DNA of 59,222 nt, filler included, from Sphacelaria rigidula (Eukaryota): the NCBI GenBank assembly GCA_964200075.2. It is 7 parts of 7 records of this genome, joined end to end, with 100 filler letters (N's around TTAATTAATTAA, not from the genome) between each part and the next. Parts side by side here need not be neighbours in the genome. Positions count along the whole stretch, not along the records: positions 42,375 to 50,748 come from CAXNAA020011342.1; positions 50,849 to 59,222 come from CAXNAA020011343.1; 5 more parts are not named here. One strand, 5' to 3'. The notes below the pieces were generated by a model. That model was given only the letters and a program-made list of their open reading frames with translations. It was not told the DNA's origin and did not search any database. The position numbers and the translations under genes were made by a program. Below, one piece after another: positions 47,721 to 59,222 of the stretch; the first letter of the stretch is position 1; each line of letters opens with the position of its first letter.

Positions 47721-49064
47721 ATTATGTACATGTATCATTTCACTTTTTCCACCACTTTTGCCGAGTTTTCTCTGGCAGCAAGGCGTCTCATCGCGCGCTT
47801 CCTTTTGCAGTGCACGGATAAGGCGCAGCGGTACATTACCCTTCAGGTTCGGGTGTCATCTGATACCTGTGGCGCGTGTTCTGGCCATCGAAGGCCTCCC
47901 GCACTGGTTTTTTTCGCGGGGTGTCGTTCCCGAACCACAAAAGCCTTCCCAAGTTCATAAAAAACTTCAAGCAGCAGGATGATTGTTGGCGGGGTATTTC
48001 CCCCTCGTGTTTCTCTTTGTCGGGTTCTCGTTCATTTGGGAGCACAATTACACCGCTTATGCCGCCACGAGAACATGAGAGCAATGGACTTGAAAACAAT
48101 TGAACATCTCCTTGGCCTTAGTCAGCAGCAAACACCAGACCGTGCGGTGAGCCTTTGACGAGTTGAACAAGGCACACACGTGGGCAAACGTCCCCACTGT
48201 GGGCCACCTGTATTGACCAGCAAAGGGCGGTGCCGAAATCGCTGTGATCATGCAACCCGTAGGATGCACCTGTGAAGTACAGGGGCAGGGATATCCTTCT
48301 GACAGGGTTGACTAGTTTGTCCTTGTGACAGGGATGACAGGGATAATCATACGAGTACGCAACTCATGTATCTTCCGACGGCTTAGTACTTTATTTTCAG
48401 TACAAGTCAAGCGTTACTTTGCTTGTGGATTTCTCCGCCGTGTCAGAACGAACAAGCCTGAAAATTGGCACAGAGGTAGACCATAACAAAGACAGCATAT
48501 TCCCGGATCGGCGGCACGTTTTACGCGGTGCGCCAGACGCACGAAGTGAATACGGGTTCTGGGCAATGCAATCGATACGCCCTCAAAACGGAATCCCCTC
48601 GGCCCAGACTGTGTGAGACGTCAGGGAATGCATATATGGACACGCAAATGCGCTCACTTCCACATCATGACCCGCTGGGTGGCTCCTGCCTCGACAAACA
48701 AGCATCAATCCGTGTTGGGTACACTCTGGATGATGTCATTCTACGCGATACCTATCTTGGTATCGCCTGTANNNNNNNNNNAGGTACTCACTTCAGGAGG
48801 CACGGTCGTGCAAGCGCTGCCAGTGCTTTTACGCGCAATTTATATTATGTACATGAAGCATGTCACATTTTTCACCGCTTTTGCCGAGTTTTCTCTGGCG
48901 GGAAGGCATGTTTTCCCACACGCCCTATTGCAGCGCACCGAGAAGGCTCAGCGGTACATTACCGTTCAGGTTTCGGCGCCATCTGATACCTGTGGCGCGT
49001 GTTCTGGCCACCGAAAGTCGCTCAAACGAGCCCTTTTTCGCGGGGTGTCAATCCCGAACCACAA
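47721..49064 (+). repeat. Pair of ~220-bp direct repeats (47721-47940 and 48844-49064)
   Basis: ATTATGTACATG...TTTTGCCGAGTTTTCTCTGGC...CATCTGATACCTGTGGCGCGTGTTCTGGCCA...CCCGAACCACAA in both; a 10-N gap at 48772-48781 lies between. Confidence 0.85.
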
Positions 49065-49872
49065 CTCTTCAAGATCGTGGAAAACTTGACAGGATATTTT
49101 GTCGACTTGCGTCACCCCCGGGAGGCCCGTACCAACCTCCCGAAGGAGAACTTTATATATATATATATATATATATATTATGTATATCGATCACTGAAAA
49201 ATAGAATACCTGACACAAGCGCACGCAAATCTTCACATCACGACTCTTGATTTTATTTTCCGAAAAAATATTCATGTTCACGAATATCGAGTTGTGTTTT
49301 TTTTATACCATATTCAAATCTCGGCGACGATCAGGATGCTCGCGACGGATGCCACAAACAGTGTTCAGCGAGGACTTCGATTAAAAACCAAATATACTAG
49401 GGTAATTGAACCCACGTGAGCATAATCAAAGAAGTCACTTCTTTTCTGACGATGAATCAAAATTTACCCTGTTAGCCTTGCTAACAAACGCTCGGAGATG
49501 ATTAGGATGATTGCCACAAAATGCGATGAAAAATGTTTGCGTTGATTATTTGCATGAAACAACCATATATGTGTACGCATATATATATATATATTACCGA
49601 GATGATCGCAGATAACAGAGAGACCAACTGCGATGACCGGCGGTCATTGCACTGGAAAATGACTGGAGAATGATGCCAATTTCAACCAACAGATGTACAA
49701 TCTTCGCGCACGAGGGGTTGGCCTTCAAAAACCTTGGTCGAGGATACTGAAAATAGAACAGGGTGCGCCGTGTCGAAAGTAGACGAGCACACAGGGCACG
49801 GACAATTAGAAAGGGCATTTCTCCACACGTTCGATGTAGCAGACGATTTTTTCTTATGTTGGTTCGTTCTCT

Positions 49873-49997
49873 CGATTTGATTTGATTTGATTTGATTTGA
49901 TTTGATTTGATTTGATTTGATTTGATTGATTGATTGTCGCACTTTAACTGACCCCCCCGGGGTCCAGCCGTGGTTTCGTGATAGACGTACGTACCCA
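49873..49997 (-). mobile_element. Extremely 5'-truncated retroposon 3' end with (AAATC)n tail
   Basis: Minus strand GAAACCACGGCTGGACCCCGGGGGGGTCAGTTAAAGTGCGACAA followed by (TCAA)n(ATCAA)n. Confidence 0.55.
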
Positions 49998-50320
49998 AGA
50001 AAAACGAAACTCAAACACGCTCTAAGGAAATATATATATATATATATATATGTATATGTTGAGTCGTACGTATATTTCGTTGTAGTTTAGCTTTGCTGAC
50101 GTGTGTGTAGAACCTCGCGCTTCGGAACCCCGTGCTTTCCAGTCCATGGGCATGTTGTCCATTTTACTTGTTTACTTCCTCTGTCTCATAACTTAGGGTA
50201 CCTATGGGCAATAAGTTCTCTGGGTACAACCGTGTTAGTGACGATAGTATAGTCGGGTTCGTTGAAGAATAAAACTAAGACGGGGTTCTATTCCTTTGCG
50301 TAAAATGGGTTGAAATATAC

Positions 50321-50525
50321 CAAGGGTAGGTCGAGTAGAGTATACTCAATTGCGGGGTATTTCGAAAGTCATCTTCAAAGTCCACAAATTGGGGGTAGGA
50401 TTCCAGGAGTCGCTTCACAGGTATTTTTTTGGTACGACTCCCAACACTATACCCTAATTTGAGTACCCCAAGTACGTCTTTCAAAATACCCCGCAGTTGA
50501 GTATACTCTACTCGACCTGCTCTTG
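50321..50525. mobile_element. 205-bp hAT-type MITE related to 29883-31023
   Basis: TIR CAAGGGTAGGTCGAGTAGAGTATACTCAA / TTGAGTATACTCTACTCGACCTGCTCTTG; 8-bp TSD AAATATAC (50313-50320, 50526-50533). Confidence 0.9.
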
Positions 50526-50748
50526 AAATATACCCTATTTTGGCCTATGTTGATAATACTTTTCAAAATGTTTTTCTAAAACGTTTCTGAGAATTATCGA
50601 AAAAATCTCGAAAACGTCGAAATTTAGTACCCAACCTGCCCACTACATCATTCTAGCGATGGACTCGCCCCCCAGCACACCCCCACCTCGCAAACGGGGC
50701 GCCGAGATATCGGTTGGTGGCCGCTACACACTAGCGGTAGAGTTTGCG

Positions 50749-50848
50749 NNNNNNNNNNNNNNNNNNNNNNNNNNNNNNNNNNNNNNNNNNNNTTAATTAA
50801 TTAANNNNNNNNNNNNNNNNNNNNNNNNNNNNNNNNNNNNNNNNNNNN
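50749..50848. other. Assembly spacer between contigs 6 and 7
   Basis: N44-TTAATTAATTAA-N44. Confidence 0.98.
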
Positions 50849-50923
50849 AGCTTCCCACAACTTCTTCCACAACCCATTTCTCCATACTGTGTCATAAGCC
50901 TTTTGCACGTCTAGGAAGAAACA
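50849..50923 (-). mobile_element. Non-LTR retrotransposon reverse-transcriptase fragment, cut by contig edge
   Basis: Translates CFFLDVQKAYDTVWRNGLWKKLWEA, the LINE RT FLDxxKAYDxV motif. Confidence 0.85.
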
Positions 50924-50924
50924 C

Positions 50925-51495
50925 GGCAGTTAGGGGGATGTAGGAGAGATCAAACATTTGTGAAGACCTTCGTGTCATGCGGTGTGAAAAAGGATACCTA
51001 TGGTGGTGACCTACCTGTTGCTAGCGTGGCGCATGGGGGTGCTCCGATGCTGCAATCTGGAGCACCCACCCACCGCGTGTGTGTCGCGGTATCTTTTAGG
51101 AATTTCCATGTGAGGAGGTATTTATTACAAGCTGGGGCGGGGTATGTTCCACGAGGAACAAGAATGCTCAATGATCAATAACTCGTCGTTGCATTTGAGA
51201 CCCACGTCATCAATCACCGACCGCAAAGGTCTTATGGCTTTAAAGCAAGGCTGGCCGCAGTACGCCAGACAAACCCGGTCATGACTAGCTTTCGTTGCTC
51301 TTTTGTACTGACTGTCGTCTGTACAATCATCGTAATAACACTAAAATTGACAACGGTTGTAAACATGAAGCAGTTCCATTTTTCAGCTCATTCCACACAA
51401 TTTGAAGGACTTTCAACAGCTGCGGGAAAGTGGCCGCTTTGGGTTCGGTCAAACGCGCGAAGATACGGTCGAACATTAATACCAAACTAGGCTGG
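50925..51495 (+). repeat. Diverged direct repeat of 58660-59070
   Basis: Shared blocks TTGTGAAGA.CTTC, CTGTTGCTAGCGT, AATCTGGAGCAC, ATGTGAGGAGGT, GGGAAAGTGGCCGCTTTGG. Confidence 0.65.
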
Positions 51496-51729
51496 GATTG
51501 GCGTAAAACAATCAGTATAGAACCGAGCTGAAATTGACAGGTTTAGGTTCTAAATAGAAAATTATGCACATGAAACGATTTAAAGGTGGAGAACGCGGAT
51601 GTTCGTTCGGAGAAACTCCCTGTGCCCCCGTGAGTTTTACATGAGCGTGCAAAAACTCTGGTGTCGTTTCTTTAGTGCCTGGCGGGGGTGCCGGGAAGCC
51701 ACCCCCCCGCAGCTCTTGAGAGTTCTTCA

Positions 51730-52251
51730 GATTGTATGGAATCAATTGGAAAAATGAAACTGTTTGGGTTTTACAGGATATCGATTTCTCGCTATGTTCA
51801 CCGAGGACAGCTCGCGGGTGAGATGGGTGTTTTCGGTCAGATCCAACGACAACTTGCCAGAAGCCCTCTCGTTCATCATCCAATAATGTGCTGACCCCGA
51901 GGGTATATCCTGCGGCAGAATCAGGTGTGACGGAGGTGGGGAGTTCAAAGGCCGCATTGAGCAAGTGGAAGATCTAGGGATGAAAATTACGACGAATGCA
52001 CCAGATTGATCGATAAGGTACAGCTCGGCCCTCGAATTCGGAGGTAATCGCTGAGCGAGGGTTTGGCATTGTCATCGGTGTCGCTCGGGATCTTATGCTG
52101 AGCGTCCCTTTCCTTCATCCCCGACTCTGGGCTAAGACCGTGAAGACGGTGGTGTATTTACGTAACCGCACGCCGACGGACGTCTTGGACGGCAAGACCC
52201 GCTCAAAGGTATGGTCAAACAAGCCCCTTGGAAGTCTGCAACGCCTACACG
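51730..52251 (+). mobile_element. Ty1/copia integrase core, decayed (left of the hAT insertion)
   Basis: GYRFLAMFTEDSSRVRWV...RIRCDGGGEFKG...IAERGFG...LWAKTVKTVVYLRNRTPT...LQRLH. Confidence 0.88.
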
Positions 52252-52583
52252 TAGAGTTGTGAACTGGCTACCAGTTTATCTAGTCAGTGACAGTCAACTG
52301 GTACAACTGATCAGCTGATCGGTTTTATAACCACTTGAACCAGTTATTTCACCGGATATATGTGTCATACTCCAAAGCCTTCTGTGTAAATATGTGTCAC
52401 CATCATGTCAATATTTCCGAAGTATTGTCGTCCTACAATGGCCGTGGGGATGCTATTACAGAGGCGACGACATGACCACATAGCGCATACACCTAGACGT
52501 AGACACGAATATCGCAGACAGTGTTTTCTCATACGAAAAGCAGGAGTAGTAGCAGAAGCAGCGACAAGGGAGGCGAGGACGAC

Positions 52584-55500
52584 ATGTCAGAGATGGAGAA
52601 GGCCACAACTTTTCAGGCAGCGGTGCTCTCCCTGTCGATCTCAGCGACACAACGTCGGCAGAGAAGAGTGCCCAAGACGCAGAGCGCGAGCACCGCCTGA
52701 AAACATGGCAGGTGTCAAAGCCCTCCAAAGGTACACATATTTTGTGGAGGGAAGGGTACTTCAAAAAGTACACGCTGGGCAGTCTGCCGCATATCGCGGT
52801 GTGCATGCTCTGCAGGGCGGCAGGGTCCTGGTCATCCGCAGAAGCGAACTACGGTAAGAACAAGGCGAACCTGCTGCAACATTTCCTTTGCGGCAAGGCC
52901 GGGCATCGCGAGGCGCATGACGTCTGTAGGGACAAAGTCACGTCAAAGAGGCAGCCGACAATGACGGACTTCTTTGAGACTGGCCTCCCCAAGGAGCTTG
53001 AGCGTGTGTGCCGGTGGTTGATTATGGAGAATCGACCCGTCTCGGTGAGTAGAGCCTCCTACAGTTTTGACGTGTTTTCTTTTTGTACCCAGTGTGATAG
53101 TATCATTCTACCATAGTATGTACTGCTGTTGTACCGTTGTACTACGGGCGGAGCACAACAGACAGTACAGCGTAGTACTCAACGGTAGTACATTTGTGCA
53201 GTATACAACTGTAGTATACATTATATTCTACAGTACAGTGCGATACAGCACGGAATCAGTGCGCCATCAGTGTACTGCTCTGCATGTGTGCATGTATATG
53301 GTGGCTCTATTGTACGTTAGTACTATTGTATTTTACAGTCCTGAAGTGTTGTACCGTATGCTGCGAAGTACTGTACCGTTTACTGTACTGCTGACTGTAC
53401 GGTACGGTTGATTGTCTACTTGGTGGTTATGTAGGCATGCATGTGCAACTGCGCCGTCAGACATTATCGACATTCGATACGGTATCAAATATCGAACATG
53501 AAATGTGGCTAGGCGTTGTTTTCGGTCCGTGCCGTATACCAGTAGTATTCGCTTGTGGCGGTGCCAATGCGTACACCTTGTTGTACATCCTGCCTGTACC
53601 CAGACGGATCACACTAGCACAGTCATCGTACAGGCAGACAGTAAGAAACACAACCCCGTCGACACGCTACTGTACGGACAGCACAGTACAGGTAATGTCC
53701 TCTTGAGCACCTTGCTACACTCCCGTGCTGTGCGGAACTATGGATATTGTGTTCGCCGTGTTCATGTTGTATGAGGTGAGCTGTTGATCATGTGTCGTTG
53801 ACTTACTCCCAACCTTTCACCTCACAGAACCATGTCCGCCCTCCCCACCCGCCCAGTCTCCGGCCCTCCTTATTATTTCAGATGGTTGAGAAGCCTACCT
53901 TCAGGGAAATGACGCGGGCTTTCTGTCCCAAGGGTCCCACGTGCAGTCGCCGCGACATCATGAACGCGCTACTGACTATCTAGAAGGAGCCAGCGACTGA
54001 ACTGGAGGGCGTGCTAGCTGAGCAGTATATCTCCTTGACCGTCGACACGTGGATCGACAACCAGTGTCGGATATACACCGGCAAAACCTACGCGTTCACC
54101 GACACCACCTGGAATATGTGGGCGATCTCTCCGTACTGCCCGTTGCACGAGGGGACCGCGACGGGGGATGATCTGACGACATTTGTCGAGAAGGCAGCGA
54201 CCAAGCACAACCTGATAGGGTGCATGGTCGCCCTTGTCACCGACTGTGAGCCGGCCATGGTGAAAGCCGGTCGCATTCTGAACGAGAATAAGGTCGTTGA
54301 TCACGCCGACTACGCCGCCCACCGCCTGCAGTCATCGGCCGGGAAGGTATTCACGGGAAGCGCGATGATCGGGGTTCTGGGGAGATACCGATGATTGATC
54401 GCACGGTACAAGAATTCCAGTCAAGCGGCTGCGAAGCTCAGAGAATGTTGCATCAAATGCGGTATTGAGCCGCTGCAAGTGCTGCAAGACGTGCCGACAA
54501 GATGGCCTGCTACACACGGCTCCACCGCCCTGCTGTTAGATAACAAAGAGGCGATATAGCTGCACGAGATCTCCAAGACGAAAACGTGGCGCCAATCGTC
54601 AACAAACTTGACCGGGTCATCATGAAGAAGGTTGACCACGTTCTGTCACCACTAGCGAGGTTACAGATGATCCTGGGGGGCGAGGCCTACGTTACCGGCA
54701 GCCATGTGATCCCGCTGGTGAAGAATCTCCGCGACGACTTGAAAAGCACGCGCAAAGTTGCGTCCCGGCGGAATGCAATGAGGACTAGAAACATTCTGAG
54801 GTCGAGATTGAAGCGAGGACGGCGCTGACTCCGTGTGTGGCTGCTCTGCTGCAGGACGTCAACGACCGCTGGGGGGACGGAACGAACGTTACCGCCCATA
54901 TCGTGAGGGGAAGCGCAGGTAACCTGGGGGATTCACGAAGATGCAGGCGCTCGCTACCGCGTGCGATCCCAGAGTACACCATACGCTTTACGGTATTCCT
55001 GAGGTCGAGCATGACAAAGTGTGGGACATGGTGATTGACGCCGTCACCGAAACACAGGTGGACGAGATGAAGGCAAAAAAGATGACGACAAAGGAGATGG
55101 ACGTGAAGGAGATAGAGCGGCGATAGGAGACGGCGCTAGCGCAGGTGTGCAGGGCATTGCGGATGCCACGGCCGGAGAGGCGGCCGCGGCTCCAGCGACC
55201 GCGGCGGCTGCCGCGGGGGGGTCGTTTCCGTCCGGCTCAAAACGACGCAAGACTGCGGGGTTATTCGAAAGGGGCTCGGGGGGCTTTCCTCAGCGGGGAA
55301 GCAGACGAGTGCGGGCGCGCAGTGGACCGGTAGGGACCACTAGTGGGCCAGTGCAGACCATCAGCATGAATACCGAGCGCTTGCGCTGCTATACGAAACT
55401 GGAGGTCAGTCATGCCAGTTGCTGTTTTTTCACATCCACGGTTATAACCCTGTGCACTTGAATATATTTGAAATATTATGCTACGCGAAAGTACACAGGC

Positions 55501-56054
55501 ACCTAGCCGTTACTCACGAAGCCATTTTCAATTTGTTTCGTTGCCGATTCGGTGGAAAGTACTTGAGAGTTTTCTTGTTGGCAAAGAAGTATATCGAGCA
55601 CGAATGCAAATGGCTGTTTTAGCAGCTGCATACCAACCAGTCGTAGAATGTGCTTGCACTAGTGCGCTACACGATACGCACCTGCTGCTTTTCTCGTGGT
55701 TGTGCTCTTCTTTCTACTTCTTCACTGTCAGGACAGTCTGGGTAGCCTTGCTGGTGACGTTCTACATATTTACAGTACACTAAAGGCTAGTAACTCGTTC
55801 CCATATTACGCCGTCACTGACAGATACACGTATTCAGGGAAATGGGAGGGATCACCATCACCGTGAAGGAAAACAAAAAAGGGGTTGTGACGACGATCCT
55901 AAACGACCCTCTTTCCTGGTGGAGGAAGAATGAGCGTGCTCTTCCGCTGGCGGCCAAGCTCGCTCACCGGAAGCATGCTATTCCGGCAACCTCGGCGCAG
56001 TCAGAGTGTCTATTCTCCCTGGCAAGACTTGTCACAAAGACGCGCAATCACTGA
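52584..56054 (+). pseudogene. hAT transposase pseudogene (BED-type zinc finger, DDE core, C-terminal dimerisation domain), two introns
   Basis: W..YF...CMLC...NLLQH...H; SLTVDTW; VTDCEPAM; YAAH; DVPTRW; DPLSWW...AIPATSAQSECLFS; introns 53045-53881 and ~55405-55837; several stops and frameshifts. Start approximate. Confidence 0.92.
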
Positions 56055-56304
56055 GAGGCGGAGAATGGAGACTGTTGTTTTTGCGCACCCTGTGGCCCGT
56101 CAATGATGCCATGAAGAAGAGTAAGGGAACGGCCAATGCTAGTAATGCTATCTCGTAGTCAGTGGGGCGAGGGGTACAAGTACACCGCAGGGGCACCCAC
56201 AACAAATACTGGTGACTGCGCTCACCTCGTTCGTTTGCAGTAGGCAATTTTCTTTCTCGGGCTCGACAAATCAGAGTATCCTGAGCAATTGACACTCATA
56301 TATG

Positions 56305-56550
56305 GACTGCTGCCGAGATAGCCCCCCCCCCGAACCGGCCAAAAACGCGCACGGAGGCGATGATCAGAGATGCCGTTAAAGCTGGTTTCGTGCTGCACGA
56401 CGCGACTTATTTGGGCATTATAGCTGATTTCGGACTGCTGCACGCCTCTCGTGTGGGCGAAATTGCTGCCAACGAGCCCAATAGTGAGATCGCAGCCGGT
56501 TTGTCGAACGGTCTCCGGCTTTTTGTGGGGGGGCTATCTCGGCATTAGTC
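56305..56550 (+). mobile_element. ~250-bp MITE (GACT family), copy 4, inside the hAT
   Basis: TIRs GACTGCTGCCGAGATAGCCCCCCC / GGGGGGGCTATCTCGGCATTAGTC; flanks TATG / TATT. Confidence 0.9.
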
Positions 56551-57227
56551 TATTGCGCGATACTGGTGACATGGCTGGAATTACAGTGGGTTAGAGAATG
56601 GGCACGGACAGGGGTTGGGCGGATCCAAAATGTGAAGCAAGACTACATTTCGTAGCTTTTGTTTTGTGTGCTTTGCTTCATCCTGTCGGCATCAAGCGTT
56701 AAGCGTTCAGTGGTGGCTGATAAATGTGATGCCGACGCATGAGGAATAGTCGAGATTTCTGTTGAGTTTCCCTGACGGATGAAGTCACACTAGAAGACGT
56801 TACCCAGTTGTCGTGCTGCTAGTAGTTGCTGGCGCTTGGGGGGTACACGCGGAACGCTGTGTGTGGTGCACTACTGTCTCACCGCGTCTTTATTTTAGTT
56901 TACTTTAGTGACATTTCCTTCTTTCCCATACATATATACTTTTGTGCACTGACTACGAGCTCGAATCGCTGGCGCTAGGCAGCTAGAACTTACCGCGATT
57001 CTGAAGAAATCTGAAGCCAAATAACGCAATTTTCTTGCCTACGGCGGGGCCCCCTCACCAGCTTGGGAGAGCCGTTTAGACGACTCCGCCGCCTTGCCTT
57101 ACCAGGCAATGCTGGTGGAGTCGCGGGGCGGCTTCGCCGCCAGTCATACGGTTTTAACTGATAACTGCAAATGATTGTAATTTTCTGCAAATAGTTAACT
57201 GATTAGCCAAACTAGTTCACAACTCTA

Positions 57228-57775
57228 CTTACCCGGGTGGGGTTGCACCCACTTCGAACATGTCGAGGAACACCAAGGGAACAGGGAATTGACGCCCGGC
57301 GCTGTTAACATGTACATTTTGTGAGGTACAACGCCAAAAGCATGAGTGATCGACCCATGGGAGTTCTCGAAACATCACGGACAGTGCGGAGGTCTCGTTT
57401 CGTGGGTTTTGTTTTCATCACCTGGGAATGAATCACATCATTACCCCGAGACCACGAACCAGAGGATACCCTAGAAGGAGTCGCGCCAGAGATCACGTCG
57501 TCGACATCTCCGAAAGCACCAGATTGATCGATAACATACAGTTCGGACCTCGAATTCGGAGGCAATGCCCCACAATCACCCACAAGGACAACATGGGTGC
57601 GATCACGGTCAGTAAGGATGAGTCGATGCTCCGTACAATACACATAGACACCAAGTTCCACCACCTGAAATGGCTCGTCGCGAACAAGACGGTAGCTTTG
57701 GGGAACTTCGAGAACGACTTGCAGTGAGCGGATATCTTCACCAAAAGTCTGAGGAAATAAAAGTTCCACATAACC
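57228..57775 (+). mobile_element. Ty1/copia continuation: integrase C-terminal part joined to RNase H; RT missing
   Basis: WGCTHFEHVE...LTPGAV continues the integrase; DNMGAI...RTIHIDTKFHHLK...ADIFTKSL is copia RNase H. Confidence 0.85.
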
Positions 57776-59076
57776 GAATCATACCCACGGGTCTTTTAAC
57801 AATCGTTTTGAATGCAATCGTGTTGAGTTCAATTGTGCAGGTTTAGTATTCTGCGAAACTGTCTAGATTGCATTTTTTTCGTGAAGCAAATGTCGAATTC
57901 ACAGGCTGAGGGGTACTTTTTGTAGTCACAAGTAATTCAGTCATTGAGTTGATATGTTGGAATACTGAGATAGTAATACAAGAACTGCTCTTAACAGTGA
58001 ATCCTGAAAAATGGCGTCGATCTCTAAAATGAGGTACAAGCGGTATACCGTTTTTGCAGGGATGACGTGAAACAGTCACACAGAGCGAAACCATATTTCC
58101 CCCCCAAACGCTGCCGCAGTGAATCAGTTGTGGCTAGGTGCACCGAACGAGTGCGGTGTACACGCGTGTCGATGACGATATCACCAGAGAGAGAAGCAAC
58201 GGCAGAGAGGAAGCTCCTCGCCCGTGTCCTTTGTGTGTCTCGCTCGGCGATTACCAATCGCTCGAGAGGCTGGCATCATGCATGATACCAGCATGTACCC
58301 AATTTCTCATGCGCCGGTAGGCATGCTATTATATTTCTGCGCACAGCCCCCCCAAAAACATCGAGCTGCGGAGGAATCTCGTCTCTTCTTGTATGTGGAG
58401 CTCACCAATGCGAAGATCGATTTATCTCTGCCTCTCTTTTTAGACATGACGCGCCTCTGTGCGCTGAGAAACATGTCGTTGAAAAACAGGGCAATGTTCC
58501 CGTCATCGTTACTACTGTTCTCTGTCACACACCTGCCAGCAAGGGCGGTGCTGCGGCAATAACAACAGATCCAATTTGAACTGGGGGGAGGTGTTATTCA
58601 TCGTCGATTATACCCGACATGTGACCATCTAGGTGCCCGACCACATGAGCGTGTCACAGGCCAGTTGGGGTGTGTGTAAGAGAGATAAAGCACTTGTGAA
58701 GATCTTCTTGACATGCGGAGTGAGAAACGATACCTATAGTCGTGACCTGGCTGTTGCTAGCGTAATGCAGAGGGGTGCGTGAATGCTGTAATCTGGAGCA
58801 CACGCTGGCTGCGTGAACATCTCGGCACAGTAGCTTCGCAGAATGAATGCCGATGTGAGGAGGTCATGCATTACAAGCCGGGGCGAGATATGACCCCACG
58901 CGAACAACATGTACCGAATTTTGCAAGAGCTATAGGAACAAAACAGTTCGATTTTCTGAACTGCGTCGACATGATTGAAATGACTCTTGTTACCTGAGGG
59001 AAAGTGGCCGCTTTGGATCCGGTCGAACGTGCGAAGATACTGTCGGACAGTACTACCAAACTTTGCTAGTGTTGAC

Positions 59077-59222
59077 GACTGATGCCAAGATAGCCCACCC
59101 CCGAACCGGCCAAAAACGTGCACGGAGGCGATGATCATAAACGCCGTTAAAGCTGGTTTCGTGCTGCATGACGCGACTCATTTGGGCGTGATAGCTGATT
59201 TCGGACCGCTACACGCCTCTCA
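59077..59222 (+). mobile_element. GACT-family MITE, copy 5, cut by window end
   Basis: GACTGATGCCAAGATAGCCCACCC then the same body sequence. Confidence 0.9.

Larger units (their letters stand above)
52252..57227 (+). mobile_element. ~5-kb hAT DNA transposon with both ends, inactive
   Basis: TIRs TAGAGTTGTGAACTGG / CTAGTTCACAACTCTA; 8-bp flanks CCTACACG / CTTACCCG (6 of 8 match); AACTG-rich subterminal motifs; transposase inside. Confidence 0.92.

Noticed and set aside
50057..50568. Solo LTR starting TGTTGAG with AATAAA
   Set aside because: Right end is TTCAAAA rather than a clean CA terminus, with no TSD and no second copy in the window; cannot be supported.

Overview
Eukaryotic, repeat-rich DNA of roughly balanced GC with GT-AG introns. 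Its repeat style resembles brown-algal (Ectocarpus-like) genomes, which is an inference only. The window is not one locus. It is seven unrelated contigs of 8375/8375/8375/8375/8374/8374/8374 bp joined by identical 100-bp N44-TTAATTAATTAA-N44 spacers, as in a size-sorted unplaced-contig pseudomolecule. Host-gene content is sparse: a long terminal exon ending in a clear villin headpiece domain, one PPR-like exon and two weak exon candidates. Most of the rest is decayed or non-autonomous mobile DNA. This includes a ~5-kb hAT with both ends nested in a Ty1/copia, a Ty3/gypsy integrase interrupted by a 414-bp foldback element and a MITE, RTE/LINE and pogo fragments, two tRNA-derived SINE families and several MITE families with identifiable TIRs and target-site duplications. 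The most unusual object is a ~6-kb element with ~490-bp terminal inverted repeats. It carries a decayed, possibly DUF7869/Sola-like transposase and a divergently oriented gene I cannot identify. No CRISPR array, rRNA or intact tRNA was found, and I cannot demonstrate a new functional system from the sequence alone.
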